Below, piece by piece: positions 20,062 through 30,696 of a stretch of DNA of 64,000 nt (the first letter of the stretch is position 1; the number at the start of each line of letters is the position of its first letter). The stretch is from Candidatus Nanohaloarchaea archaeon (GTDB taxonomy: Archaea; Nanohalarchaeota; Nanosalinia; Nanosalinales; Nanosalinaceae). The DNA lies in NCBI GenBank assembly GCA_013343275.1, contig CP046106.1:448001-512000 (forward strand), given 5' to 3'. Under the pieces are notes generated by a model. It was not told the DNA's origin. It saw nothing but the letters and a program-made list of their open reading frames with translations, and made no database searches. Position numbers and translations under genes: made by a program.

Positions 20062-20913
20062 TTAAGAGGATGAAATTGAGAAGTTCTCCTCGGCGTAATC
20101 AAAGCCTTTGGCAAATATAGCTGTTGCAAGGCCTACCAGAGGCTGAAGAGCTATCATCAAGGAGACCAGGACAGGAATAAATATTGCAAAATGCTTGCCC
20201 TGCAGTTGAGCTCTCACCGCATCACTTATCCTGGCCGAGATATCTATCTGACTTCCTCCAGCAGATATCTGACTTGTTAGTTGCTGTGGAACTTCCGAGC
20301 GGGCCTCTATAAATGCAGAGTTGAGTGTCTGGAGCTCCTGCCTGCTGAAATCGTCTTTTGTCTCATTTATTACAAAGCTGCTGGTGTAGAGGATGGTTGC
20401 GTTGGCTGTCTGCCTTACAGTCGCCATCTGTTTGTTTTTCTGTGATGAGACCAGGTTGCTCTGGTTAACTATTCTCTCTCCTGACTGGCCCAGAAACTCT
20501 GCTGTCTGGTTCTGAAGCTGATTCTCGATCTGTGGATTGCTCATGGCGACATAGATCATTGATGCTCCGAGTATAAGGCCGAGGAAGAGAAGAGGCAGGT
20601 GTGTTGAGCCGTAGTACTCTCTAAACCTGTCTCCACCGGCAAACACCGATACGAGAACTGTTCCTATGGCTGCTATAACCGAGCCTACAGCCACAGGGCC
20701 TCCCATAAACACAAATCCTAGTACTGGTAGCGCGGCTAGAGAGGCCTTGTTGAATCCTTCTTTGGATATGTAGGCTGTGAAGCCGAATACCAGTGTAATC
20801 GGGAGCAGAGCTACAAGAGTTACCGGCCTAGAAATATCGATGAAATACGTCATTGAAGCTGCAAGGGCCGATAATGCGAAAACCGTCGCGGCCTCAAGGT
20901 AGGCTCTGTCCAT
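20062..20913 (-). CDS. Hypothetical multi-pass membrane protein
   Basis: Several TM segments plus a soluble loop. Confidence 0.75.
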   Translation of the reverse strand: MDRAYLEAATVFALSALAASMTYFIDISRPVTLVALLPITLVFGFTAYISKEGFNKASLAALPVLGFVFMGGPVAVGSVIAAIGTVLVSVFAGGDRFREYYGSTHLPLLFLGLILGASMIYVAMSNPQIENQLQNQTAEFLGQSGERIVNQSNLVSSQKNKQMATVRQTANATILYTSSFVINETKDDFSRQELQTLNSAFIEARSEVPQQLTSQISAGGSQIDISARISDAVRAQLQGKHFAIFIPVLVSLMIALQPLVGLATAIFAKGFDYAEENFSISSS

Positions 20914-20942
20914 GAACAGTAGAAAATTCTACAGGACGATTT

Positions 20943-21881
20943 TTATAGCCCCAGTATTTCCGATACCAGGGCCTCAGCATGGCCTCTGTCGCGGGCGTTC
21001 AGTATAACTCTTCCATCTTCGAAGACCGTTACTTCTCTTCCATCGATTTCGGCCCGTGTCAAGTATTCATTGTCGGCGATTATATCGCCGAGCTTCTCCA
21101 GTTTTCCTGCATCTGTTTCTGAATCTAAATGTACCTGGTACTTGTTTTCTCCACATACAGCTGTGGTTTTACTCTGGCCGTTGAGTCGTGGAAGACTTTC
21201 CTGGTGGCATACCTTGCATCCATCGCTTTCCACATCCAGACTTTCTCCCTTATGGACAACATCCAGTTTCTCTTCTGTTTCCATGCCTGCAAGGAGTTTG
21301 ACAGCTTTTTCAGCAGATTTAAGACCGGTCTGGCCCGATATCTCTCTCAATACACCGGCTGTTTCACACGTCTCCAGTTTACCCGGGCTTACCTTCTCAA
21401 ATATACAGTTAAAGCATTTTTTGTCGAAGAGCATGGAGTATCCCTGTTCTGCTATTGCTGCAGTGTAGATCCACGGCAAGCCTTCTTTTTGAGAGAACTC
21501 GGAGATCAGCAGTCGTGTCTCCAGGTTGTCGGTTCCGTCAACAATCAGATCGACGTCCTGCAGGATACCTTCTATATTATCTGGTGACAGGCTCTCGACC
21601 CTGGTCTCTACATCTGTAAACCTGGAAAGGTATTCCCGGGCAGCTTCAGCCTTGGGAAGACTCTCCTCACACTGTTCCGGAGTATAGATATTGGAGGAGT
21701 ATACATCATTTGATTCCAGGTAGTCTCTATCAATTATCTTCAGATCTACGCCATGGCGGGCTAGATTCTCTGCTATTACAGATCCTGTTGCTCCTAGACC
21801 TATCACAGCGACAGTAGATTGCTGGAGTACCTTCTTCTCTTCTTCTCCGTAGTTTTGAAGTGCTTCAAATCTTGAGTACAC
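20943..21881 (-). CDS. ThiF/MoeB/E1-like adenylyltransferase with C-terminal extension
   Basis: GLGATG, DRD, DGTDN, CFNC, CETAG, CKVC motifs. Confidence 0.88.
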   Translation of the reverse strand: MYSRFEALQNYGEEEKKVLQQSTVAVIGLGATGSVIAENLARHGVDLKIIDRDYLESNDVYSSNIYTPEQCEESLPKAEAAREYLSRFTDVETRVESLSPDNIEGILQDVDLIVDGTDNLETRLLISEFSQKEGLPWIYTAAIAEQGYSMLFDKKCFNCIFEKVSPGKLETCETAGVLREISGQTGLKSAEKAVKLLAGMETEEKLDVVHKGESLDVESDGCKVCHQESLPRLNGQSKTTAVCGENKYQVHLDSETDAGKLEKLGDIIADNEYLTRAEIDGREVTVFEDGRVILNARDRGHAEALVSEILGL

Positions 21882-21932
21882 AGTTCTAGAGTTGCAAAAG
21901 AATTTTTATTAATTCCAGATGCATACCTGAAT

Positions 21933-22763
21933 ATGATTAATACTGGAACTTTAACGCCAAGTCTTTCGGATCTGGGCCTGCCTGCTGTAAGTGTAGGGCC
22001 AGAAGTTGTGATCGCGGCCGCTGCAGTCGTAGTAGCTGGCTGGGCAGTCAACAAGTTTTCCGACTACCTTATCGCAAAGTCTATCAAACGCAGACACGGG
22101 GATAAACATGTTATCAAGACATCTCAGAGGATATCTGCATACGCAATCTACTCGCTGACAGCAGTAGCTCTGCTGGGAGTTTTCGGCGTACCACTAGCCG
22201 CTCTCGGCACAATGGTTGGACTGATTGGTCTTGGACTATCCTTCGCTTTGAAGGACATGATCGCGAACTTTATCTCAGGCCTTCTGATCATGATTAACAG
22301 GCCTTTCAAGATTGGAGATCAGATCGAAGTATCCGGCGAATCCGGCACTGTTAGAGATATCAAGATCCGGGCCTCTGAGATCAAGACATACGACGGCAGG
22401 AAAGTTATCGTACCTAACTCTGTGCTGTACAGCAACACAGTTATCAACAATACGGCCTATGATGAACGCCGTTTCGAAGTTGTTGTAGGTGTAGGTTACG
22501 ACGACGATGTAGAAAGCGCCAAGGAACTCGCAATGGGGACACTGGAAGAAGCCGAAATGACCGAGGACAATCCTGAACCAGAAGTCCTTGTCGATGAGCT
22601 TGGAGGTTCCTCTGTAAACCTCAAGCTTCGTGGCTGGACCAAGCCTTCAAAGGCGAACATGGTGAAGGCCTCTTCAGAGGTTACCCAGCTTGTCAAGGAC
22701 AAGTACGACGATGCAGGAATTGATATCCCTTACCCGATCAGAACTATTTACATGGAGGAATAA
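21933..22763 (+). CDS. mscS: Small-conductance mechanosensitive channel
   Basis: GLSFALKD..NFISG, RPFKIGD, VPNS, IPYP motifs. Confidence 0.92.
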   Translation: MINTGTLTPSLSDLGLPAVSVGPEVVIAAAAVVVAGWAVNKFSDYLIAKSIKRRHGDKHVIKTSQRISAYAIYSLTAVALLGVFGVPLAALGTMVGLIGLGLSFALKDMIANFISGLLIMINRPFKIGDQIEVSGESGTVRDIKIRASEIKTYDGRKVIVPNSVLYSNTVINNTAYDERRFEVVVGVGYDDDVESAKELAMGTLEEAEMTEDNPEPEVLVDELGGSSVNLKLRGWTKPSKANMVKASSEVTQLVKDKYDDAGIDIPYPIRTIYMEE

Positions 22764-22843
22764 GGGCCTCCCTTTTTCCCTTTCCTTTTCTCGCTTTTTT
22801 CTTCACCGTTTTCTTCTTAAGAATGGAACTCGCTGTTTGTGGT

Positions 22844-23155
22844 ATGCCAACAGATATCGACCCTGAAAAGATGGAAGATATTAAAAACAGCGAAGAGACC
22901 TGGATAATCGACTTCTGGGCCGACTGGTGCCAGCCGTGCAAAATGCTAGCTCCTCACTTTGAAGAGGCCTCTGAAGAACTTGACGATGTTAAATTCGGGA
23001 AAGTTGACATGGAAGAGCATCAGGATATTGGTACCGAGATGGGTGTCCGGGCCCTGCCTACACTGATCATCATGAAAGACGACGAGGAGATCGCAAGAAA
23101 GTCCGGTGCAATGAACAAGGCCGACCTGATGGACTGGATCAACTCGAACCTATAA
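22844..23155 (+). CDS. trxA: Thioredoxin
   Basis: DFWADWCQPCK and VRALPT; ATG at 22844 preferred. Confidence 0.92.
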   Translation: MPTDIDPEKMEDIKNSEETWIIDFWADWCQPCKMLAPHFEEASEELDDVKFGKVDMEEHQDIGTEMGVRALPTLIIMKDDEEIARKSGAMNKADLMDWINSNL

Positions 23156-23650
23156 CCAGCTGCTCCAGTCAACCTGGCCGTACTCACTTTCCAGTTCAGG
23201 CCATTCATCAATTTTCTCTTCTATTTCATCTACCACTTCCTCCACCGAAAGATCTGTTGTATCTATTTCCACAACTATATCCTGATTTTCTACGGCCTGC
23301 GACAGTACTATATCTAGGGCCTCGGATTCAAGGTTCTCCCTGACTTTTGTCTCAGAGTACTCTCTTTCCTCGAGTCTCTCGTCAAGGACCTCCGGGTCAC
23401 AGCGCAGTACGAAACAGATGTCTGCCGGATAGTAGTGTGAGAGATGGCCCTCAATCACGACTTCGTCGTATTTCTCTACTTCTTCCTCCAAGGCCTGTAT
23501 CATTGCATCTATATCTACCTCGAACTCTTCTTTCTGCTCGCCGAGGCCTCTTTCTTTGACGAATTCTGTCAGATGTATTACCGGGAGATCCAGGGCCTCT
23601 GAAATGGTTGTTTTGCCTGTTCCAGGGGTTCCTGTAACTGTTATTATCAC
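23150..23650 (-). CDS. Atypical adenylate kinase (AK6/Fap7 family)
   Basis: TGTPGTGKTT, EGHLSH, RCDP..L..RL..R.Y...KV.EN. Confidence 0.9.
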   Translation of the reverse strand: MIITVTGTPGTGKTTISEALDLPVIHLTEFVKERGLGEQKEEFEVDIDAMIQALEEEVEKYDEVVIEGHLSHYYPADICFVLRCDPEVLDERLEEREYSETKVRENLESEALDIVLSQAVENQDIVVEIDTTDLSVEEVVDEIEEKIDEWPELESEYGQVDWSSWL

Positions 23651-23719
23651 ATCGAATTCTTTCTCGGCGTAGACATAAAAGTTTGAATTACTCCTGTGTA
23701 CTCAAGGAGGAGTTTATTT

Positions 23720-24670
23720 TTGATAAGCATCTGGACGGAAAAGTACAGGCCTGACAGCCTTGACGAGGTTGTTGGACAGGAAGATATAGTTGACAGACTG
23801 AGCGCTTTCGTAGAGGAAGACTCAGTACCACACATCCTGTTCGCAGGGCCTGCAGGAACAGGCAAAACCACTTCCGCAATCGCCATGGCCAAAGATCTGT
23901 ACGGCGACGAATGGAAGCAAAACTTTATGGAAACCAACGCCTCCGACGAGAGAGGAATCGATGTAGTAAGAGAGAAGATCAAGGACTTCGCCCGAACCAA
24001 GCCTATTAATGCAGAATACAAGATAATTTTCCTTGACGAGGCTGACGCACTTACTTCAGATGCACAACAGGCCTTGAGACGTACAATGGAGCAGTTCTCC
24101 GATAACTGCCGGTTCATCCTCTCATGCAACTACTCATCCAAGATCATCGATCCAATCCAGTCCCGATGCGCAGTTTTCCGATTTAACCGTCTGGAGCAGG
24201 AGAAAGTTGAGGACTACATCGAGAGGCTGGGTAAAGAGGAAGGATTCAAGATCTCCCAGGATGCAATCGATGCAATAATGCGTGTATCGGACGGCGATCT
24301 ACGGCGTGTAACCAATATACTACAGACAGCCTCAATTCAAAACGATGAGATCGAGGAGGAAGATATCTACGCAGTAGCCGCATCTTTAAGGCCTGACGAA
24401 ATCAGAGAGATACTTGACAAGGCCCTGGACGGTGACTTTATCGATGCCCGTGAGGATCTGGCTGAGATCATGATCAACAGAGGCCTTGACGGCCAGGACG
24501 TGATCAACTCGATTCACAGAGAGGTTTTCGACCTGGATATCAGTGATGACGCAAAACTGGAGATCGTCGAACAGCTCGGTGAGTTCGAGTTCAGAATTGC
24601 CGAAGGAGGAAGTAGCGACATCCAGATAGAGTCCCTACTGGCCAAGATCGGAAACCTGGAGAACAACTAG
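23720..24670 (+). CDS. rfcS: Replication factor C small subunit
   Basis: WTEKYRP, GPAGTGKT, NASDERGID, DEAD, SRC. Probable TTG start after GGAGG SD. Confidence 0.96.
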   Translation: MISIWTEKYRPDSLDEVVGQEDIVDRLSAFVEEDSVPHILFAGPAGTGKTTSAIAMAKDLYGDEWKQNFMETNASDERGIDVVREKIKDFARTKPINAEYKIIFLDEADALTSDAQQALRRTMEQFSDNCRFILSCNYSSKIIDPIQSRCAVFRFNRLEQEKVEDYIERLGKEEGFKISQDAIDAIMRVSDGDLRRVTNILQTASIQNDEIEEEDIYAVAASLRPDEIREILDKALDGDFIDAREDLAEIMINRGLDGQDVINSIHREVFDLDISDDAKLEIVEQLGEFEFRIAEGGSSDIQIESLLAKIGNLENN

Positions 24671-24754
24671 AAAATGATTTATTTTACTCAAAACCTGGAA
24701 GGCCTTCGAAAGCTATTCTCTGAATAGCTTCTTGGGCTATCGTACCGTAACACG

Positions 24755-25939
24755 ATGTGGGTAGAAAAATACAGGCCTGAAAGTCTTTCGGAATACCGTG
24801 GAGCATCCAGTCAGAAGGAGGAGCTCCAGGAATGGATCAAAGACTGGGAGAGGGGCGATAAACCTGTTCTCCTGCATGGTCAGGCCGGTACCGGGAAGAC
24901 CTCTCTCGTCGAGGCCCTTGCAAATGATATCGGATACGAGCTTGTTGAGACTAATGCTTCCGACGTAAGAACTAAATCAAAGCTGAAGGAGGAGTTAAAG
25001 GAGGCAACCAGACAGGCCTCGTTTTTCGGCGGTAAGAAGCTGATTCTGGTCGATGAAGTAGATGGCATGGGTACCGGTGATAGAGGTGGTACTGCCGAGC
25101 TGAAGAGAATAGTAGAGGAATCGCGTTTCCCCGTAGTTATGACTGCTAACGATGCCTATGACAACAGTATCCGCAGTCTGCGGAACATGGCCAAGACTGT
25201 AAAACTGGACTCCGTCCATACTAACTCTATCGCAGCACATCTGAAAGAGATACTTGAAGAGGAAGGTATAGAGTATGAAGACGGTGTTCCGAAAAGGATC
25301 GCTCGTCAGGCCGGCGGTCAGATGCGTTCAGCGATCAATGATCTGGAAGCAGTGGCTATGGGCAAGAAAAAGATTACTGCAGATGATCTGGATGTTATTG
25401 CCAGTCGTGATAACCGTCAGGAGATCTTCGATTCTTTGAAGATTATTTTCAAGACTATGAACCCGGATAATGCCCGTCAGGCTACGGAGAACCTGGATGA
25501 GGACGCTGAAACGTTTATGCAGTGGATCCGGGAGAATATTCCACGTGAGTACAAAAGGCCTGCGGATATTGCAGAGGCCTACGATAATATTTCGAAGGCT
25601 GATGTGTTCAATGGCCGTATTATGCGAGATCAGAACTGGAAGCTGCTGAAGTATGTGTACAGTTTCTCGACTGTTGGTGTCGCATTGAGTAAGGAGGAGA
25701 AGTACAGTGGATGGACGAAGTACCAGTATCCTTCGAAGATCAAGAAAATGGGTCAGTCACGGGCCTCACGTAACAAGCTGGAGAGTATTTCATCCAAGCT
25801 AGGGGAGAAACTACATATCTCAGGTAACGACGCTGTCCGTGAGATGCCTTTTATCTCTCAGATGATTGATGCAAGGCCTGAAGTTATTGAAGAACTGGAG
25901 CTGGAAGAAGATGAAGTTGAGTTTATAGAGGAGTTCTAG
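24755..25939 (+). CDS. rfcL: Replication factor C large subunit
   Basis: WVEKYRP, GTGKT, NASD.R, DEVD; adjacent to rfcS. Confidence 0.94.
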   Translation: MWVEKYRPESLSEYRGASSQKEELQEWIKDWERGDKPVLLHGQAGTGKTSLVEALANDIGYELVETNASDVRTKSKLKEELKEATRQASFFGGKKLILVDEVDGMGTGDRGGTAELKRIVEESRFPVVMTANDAYDNSIRSLRNMAKTVKLDSVHTNSIAAHLKEILEEEGIEYEDGVPKRIARQAGGQMRSAINDLEAVAMGKKKITADDLDVIASRDNRQEIFDSLKIIFKTMNPDNARQATENLDEDAETFMQWIRENIPREYKRPADIAEAYDNISKADVFNGRIMRDQNWKLLKYVYSFSTVGVALSKEEKYSGWTKYQYPSKIKKMGQSRASRNKLESISSKLGEKLHISGNDAVREMPFISQMIDARPEVIEELELEEDEVEFIEEF

Positions 25940-26268
25940 TTGACAGGCACACAGGTCAGTCTTATCTCAGCGCGTGGATTGCGCAGTGTTACGTTGAAGC
26001 AGTCAGTGCTGCTATCTCTGTTCCAGTAAACTGATGAGGCACTGTACCTACTTATGCTGTTCACCATCTTATTGAAGTTCCGTATATCCTTTGGACTTCC
26101 CTGATCTACCTGTAGTGCCTCGTCTTGAATCATGTTTACGTAGTAGGCTTCTGTATCGGGACTGTATCTCTGGTTCTGTACCTGAGTCATGGCGGCTGCG
26201 GTCGCCATCACAATCAAACTGATTATTACTGCAGAGATTATCATAAACTGTCCTTTGCTTCTACTCAT
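25936..26268 (-). CDS. Pilin-like protein with class III signal peptide
   Basis: SKG/QFMIISAVII hydrophobic N-terminus. Confidence 0.7.
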   Translation of the reverse strand: MSRSKGQFMIISAVIISLIVMATAAAMTQVQNQRYSPDTEAYYVNMIQDEALQVDQGSPKDIRNFNKMVNSISRYSASSVYWNRDSSTDCFNVTLRNPRAEIRLTCVPVN

Positions 26269-28786
26269 TTGACCACCTCAGATCAAGCCGGTAAGGCATA
26301 AACACTTCCTCACTAACACTTCCCACGATCTCGGTTGAGAACCGCGGCTGGTTCTGCTGCTCGAAAGAAAGCTGATCTCCTCTCAACCAGTACAGCGTAG
26401 AGGCCAGCACCTTTACATCTGACTGCTCGTAACTCTGCTCGTACGCCGCTCTTGCCAGTCTCTGACCTTCAAAACCTTCAAAATTGGTTCTGTAATTGAT
26501 CAGTTCTATCTCGTCCGATCCTGCAAAGACAAACTCCGCACATAGCCTGCCGTCGTCACAACCTGTTTCATTGTTGAAGGCAACCCTGTAACGCCGGTTA
26601 GCTATAATAACTCTTTCTCCCTGCAGGAACGGGCCTTCACCCTCATCGCCGTAATTACCGTTGTCATTGAAGTCGACATTCAGGGCCCGTATATCAGTTC
26701 CATCGCTTGAACCTAGATAAGTGTTAAGCACGCTATATGTTGCACCATTCGGGAATGTGAAAGTATCCATCGTATACTCTGACCCTGAAGGCGCACCGGG
26801 CGGCGGCGATGTAGGTGACATACTCCAGGAGGAGGCATTCCAGTCATCCGAGTTGTACCTGTGGTTGATGGCATAGAAAAAGTTGTTATCCGAGGTCACA
26901 GTCTCAGCGCCTCCAGACTTCACCCAACCTCCAGGAACCAGAGAGACATCACGCTGATCTCCGTTAAGCCCCTGGAAGTATGAGTCAGCCTCATCAGAAA
27001 CCGTAGTGGTGAAACCTCCAACCAGGTTAGCGAGATCCACAAGGCCTGCCGTTACCTGAATCGAGCCAGACGAGGCCGTACCGCTACCGCTTCCACCACT
27101 GATCTGTATATTGAAGTTAGTATTACCTGATCCACTTCTCACGAATATACGGCCTCCTGCACCACCACCGGCAGAGGAACTTGCATCCCCTCCATTCGCC
27201 GATAAAGTGCCAGATCCGGAGACCTGATGGGACTCTACTCTAATGCTGCCTCCTGAGCCGCCACCGCTGTCCGCAGTTCCATCCTCACCGTCCATAACTA
27301 TAGAGCCTGAGAGCGCGAATTCTTCGCTCTGTATCCATACAGAACCTCCACCAGATCCGCCAGCAGCATTGTCATCTGTATCGTATCCTCCAGCAGATCC
27401 AGGGCGTTTGGCCTCGAAGGAAGAACCGTATTCGCTGCCTCCTGCAGCGGCTCCAGAACCTCCAGGCCCACCGTATCCTCCGCCACCGGCTGCAGTTGCA
27501 GATCCACCTGCTCCTGGGCCGTAAGCAGTAGAGCCACTGCTTCCATATCCTGCCCCCGTTCCTACGAGAGATCCGTCAATATTGACCTCTCCTTCTACCA
27601 CAATCTTTGGTGCATACTTGCTGTAAAGTACGTTTTCACATGTGCCACTAGGAGAGTTCTTGCATACTGAAAGATTGTTCTCGACATAGGCCGTGGCCCC
27701 TGATTCAATTGTCAGGCTGTTCAGGAAATGCCTGCCCGGGCCGAATGTGCAACCGGAGTTGGATGAGTCTATGATCACATCTCCGGTATGGGGACAGGTG
27801 GTGGATTTGCTTCCCTGGCTCATACCTACCCATTCCAGGCCAAGGTCCTGAATGAAGTCATTACTGTTGGTAGTGGATTTATCCAAATTCATCAAGAGAA
27901 GAACTGAGCCTGTTTTCATGAAGTCCTCCACCTTCTGCCGGTTGGCCTGAATACTGGAAAGAGCTGCCTCATCTCTGAAAACCAGTATCTCGTACTTTGA
28001 CAGGTTTGCACGTCCAAGATCAAATGTGCTTACAGAGGTCCTGGTGTTTATGCCATTGACCTCTCTGGAAAGCATTTTCTTCATTTTAACAGGTTGATCA
28101 GCTTTGAAGAGCGATACACTGCTCGAATCTATCTCCTTGATATCATAGTAAGTATCAGGGTTGTCATCTGTCATATTACCCCAGAGGAAAAAGTTATCGA
28201 TATAGTAAGGGCCTTCACTGTTAGTGAACTGGCACTGAGTCTTGTTATCTACCCAGACGGTATCATAATCAGTCTCGGAATTGAAACCTCCAGAAACTCT
28301 TGGATCGGTATCCCCCACATAGAGCACCACGTTGTGCCGTGATTGACGGGAGGCAGCAGGATCTGTCTGCCGGAGCGGTACTCCTGGCTGCACTTCCTCT
28401 TCTAACTCTGTCAGATCACCGCTGCAGTCTGTGATTCCCTGGAGGCCCTGATTCGGGTACTGTCTCTTCGGCAGAACATTGTATCCTACAGAGGTCTCAA
28501 GTATAGGCAGATTTGAAACCGTCCCCGATACATGCATATTACGGCCTGATATCGTTGTTATAGCGGTTTTAAGAGACCCTATTTCGGCGTTCTTCATGAA
28601 GTGAGTTATGTGGCCGGTTTTCTTGAGCGTATAGCTGATATCCTGGGCTGCGACCTCCTGCTGGAAATTGCTCCAGTTCTGATTGTCAGGGATATCAAAG
28701 CTTCCGGCTGCAAATGCAAGAAGTATGAATATAGATACCATTAGTTCTATTGCGTATCCTGCGCCTTTCCTGTTCACCAGGCCCAC
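26261..28786 (-). CDS. Large pilin-like protein with class III signal peptide and Gly-rich domain (candidate adhesin)
   Basis: RKG/AGYAIELMV N-terminus; repeated GGGxGGxI/V motifs; lies within the pilus operon. Confidence 0.72.
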   Translation of the reverse strand: MGLVNRKGAGYAIELMVSIFILLAFAAGSFDIPDNQNWSNFQQEVAAQDISYTLKKTGHITHFMKNAEIGSLKTAITTISGRNMHVSGTVSNLPILETSVGYNVLPKRQYPNQGLQGITDCSGDLTELEEEVQPGVPLRQTDPAASRQSRHNVVLYVGDTDPRVSGGFNSETDYDTVWVDNKTQCQFTNSEGPYYIDNFFLWGNMTDDNPDTYYDIKEIDSSSVSLFKADQPVKMKKMLSREVNGINTRTSVSTFDLGRANLSKYEILVFRDEAALSSIQANRQKVEDFMKTGSVLLLMNLDKSTTNSNDFIQDLGLEWVGMSQGSKSTTCPHTGDVIIDSSNSGCTFGPGRHFLNSLTIESGATAYVENNLSVCKNSPSGTCENVLYSKYAPKIVVEGEVNIDGSLVGTGAGYGSSGSTAYGPGAGGSATAAGGGGYGGPGGSGAAAGGSEYGSSFEAKRPGSAGGYDTDDNAAGGSGGGSVWIQSEEFALSGSIVMDGEDGTADSGGGSGGSIRVESHQVSGSGTLSANGGDASSSAGGGAGGRIFVRSGSGNTNFNIQISGGSGSGTASSGSIQVTAGLVDLANLVGGFTTTVSDEADSYFQGLNGDQRDVSLVPGGWVKSGGAETVTSDNNFFYAINHRYNSDDWNASSWSMSPTSPPPGAPSGSEYTMDTFTFPNGATYSVLNTYLGSSDGTDIRALNVDFNDNGNYGDEGEGPFLQGERVIIANRRYRVAFNNETGCDDGRLCAEFVFAGSDEIELINYRTNFEGFEGQRLARAAYEQSYEQSDVKVLASTLYWLRGDQLSFEQQNQPRFSTEIVGSVSEEVFMPYRLDLRWSNE

Positions 28787-29640
28787 ACCTCCATTTTCAC
28801 AGGGTGGACAGTGCTACCTACTTCCATCGCTGCGTACCGATTCAGCTTGATAACTCGAGAATCCTGATCGAAAGCCGCACCAAAGGTAGTCATGGTTCTC
28901 TTGAGTACAAACATTGCTCCAGGCTCCTCTTTCCTGTTCTGTACTGTATGAAGCTGGAAAGGGTAGCCTGCAAGGGTTAAAGTGCCTCCTACCGCGTGAC
29001 GCGTGTACTTATACTGTGTTCCAAAGTCACAGGGATAGTATGCCGAGGCGTTGTACTCTGTCTTGTACACAGTATCGTAGACACCGTTATGCGATACAGT
29101 AAGGAAGCAGTACCGTGTCGATACAAAGTCCTCAACAGTGTAATGGACTTCGTTATCTGCACTCCAGTAGTTATCTATATCGCTGTCCGGTTCATCGATA
29201 AAGCTCGGTGAGTTAGAGCGGGTAAAACTTTTCGAGGTAGTAATTACGGGCATCCAGGTAAAACGGAACCTGTAATCGTGGCTTAGATGTAGGGCCTCTG
29301 TAAATATAGAATAGTTTAGCTTGTCGGATCCGACAGTTGAAAGCCTGTCTATCTTGTCTTTCTGCAGGAGTTTGTAGTCAGAGGCCAGACCTACATCTTC
29401 AGTGCTGCGGAGAGTAGAGAGGTTCTTCTCCCAGTTAGTGGTTCCCTGACCATGACCGGAGTAGCCTGGCTGCGTCATTAGGCGTGTTGAGAGGCTGTAG
29501 GCCTCCAGGTTAAGCGATGCCTGATGTACATCGTTCCTGAACTCCGGTACCTTTCCAGCGCCGATCGATGCTATTCCAAGCACCGCTATGAGGAATAGAA
29601 CCATTGAACCGAAGTACTCGATGCTGAACTGCGCTTTCAT
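28774..29640 (-). CDS. Pilin-like protein with class III signal peptide
   Basis: Likely start MKA/QFSIEYF at 29640, overlapping the stop of the upstream gene. Confidence 0.75.
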   Translation of the reverse strand: MKAQFSIEYFGSMVLFLIAVLGIASIGAGKVPEFRNDVHQASLNLEAYSLSTRLMTQPGYSGHGQGTTNWEKNLSTLRSTEDVGLASDYKLLQKDKIDRLSTVGSDKLNYSIFTEALHLSHDYRFRFTWMPVITTSKSFTRSNSPSFIDEPDSDIDNYWSADNEVHYTVEDFVSTRYCFLTVSHNGVYDTVYKTEYNASAYYPCDFGTQYKYTRHAVGGTLTLAGYPFQLHTVQNRKEEPGAMFVLKRTMTTFGAAFDQDSRVIKLNRYAAMEVGSTVHPVKMEVWAW

Positions 29641-30692
29641 TATGGCAACCCCGCAGGAGCAACTATCATCATGAATGCGACGAAGGCCAGTGGCAGCATG
29701 ATTAAAGCGTGTTTTACACCTGCGCTCGGGCTTCCCTCTGATACCTGACCCGCAACTGCTGCGGTACATGCTCCCTGTATCATCAGCATTGTGAAGAGCA
29801 GCGACTTGTAGTAAGCCATTCTGCCGTAACTGTACTTGTTAGCGTACTGGCTGGTCAAATCATTAGTTACGTTAGCCGGGATAAATCCAAAGATCTTTGC
29901 TGTAGAGCAGAAAGGTCTTGCCGATGCGATAGCTCCACTACAGTAGTTGGTCGGGCCGCTGCCTCCGCCTCCGCCACTACCCTGACTACTCAACACCTCT
30001 TTTACTCCAGAGAGCGCTCCCGGATCAGGGCTTCCAAGGCCGAGGAGCTGCGCCAGCATAGTGTATATTCCTATCGTTATGCCTATGAACAGGAAGTAGA
30101 TAACGTACATGATGACAAGTTGCTGTCTCAGTTTTGCGTCTTTCTCCTGTATAACCTCCTTGAGTTTGGTTGCGTCCTCTCCTACAGATTCGATGGTCTG
30201 CGTGATTCCACCCCCGCTCTCAAAGCTCTGAATTATGATAGATGTCGACTCCTGTATGACTGCAGAGTCGCTCATACGTTTGTTGAAGCGCTCCATAACC
30301 TCTGGGAACGGGATTCCCCATGTAAGCTCGTAGTGGATCTTCTCGATCTCGCTGTTAAGCCTTCCGTAATCCGTTTCCTTGGCTGATTCAAAGGCTCTCA
30401 TAATTGTCATGCCTCCTCTCTTCGACTCAGCCAAGTCCTTCAGGAAGGAAGGGAATTGATCCTCCATCTGTCGAACCGCCCTATTACGGAGGAAAGATAA
30501 AATACCATAAGGTACAACGCCTATAAGCAGGCCCAGTATGAATGCGATTCCTCCTATTCTGTCAGCGCCCTGAAGGTAGAGGAAGAGGCCTATAAGCAGT
30601 ATAAATCCACCTACAGCTAGAGCTCCATAAATTATCTTCTTTGTAAGCGAGTAACCTGGTTCAAAGTCTTCCTCCTGGAAAAAATCTAGCAT
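29640..30692 (-). CDS. Type II secretion system F family (PilC/TadC-like) platform protein
   Basis: FPSFLKDLAE..RGG, WGIPF, ESGG motifs; TMs. Confidence 0.88.
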   Translation of the reverse strand: MLDFFQEEDFEPGYSLTKKIIYGALAVGGFILLIGLFLYLQGADRIGGIAFILGLLIGVVPYGILSFLRNRAVRQMEDQFPSFLKDLAESKRGGMTIMRAFESAKETDYGRLNSEIEKIHYELTWGIPFPEVMERFNKRMSDSAVIQESTSIIIQSFESGGGITQTIESVGEDATKLKEVIQEKDAKLRQQLVIMYVIYFLFIGITIGIYTMLAQLLGLGSPDPGALSGVKEVLSSQGSGGGGGSGPTNYCSGAIASARPFCSTAKIFGFIPANVTNDLTSQYANKYSYGRMAYYKSLLFTMLMIQGACTAAVAGQVSEGSPSAGVKHALIMLPLAFVAFMMIVAPAGLP

Positions 30693-30696
30693 TTTA

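Noticed and set aside
17351-25939. Inteins in lhr or rfcS/rfcL
   Set aside because: Normal protein lengths and no intein terminal motifs; the lhr insert is only a short acidic loop.
29641-29769. N-terminal extension of the 331-aa ORF
   Set aside because: Overlaps the platform gene; the class III signal peptide begins at 29640.
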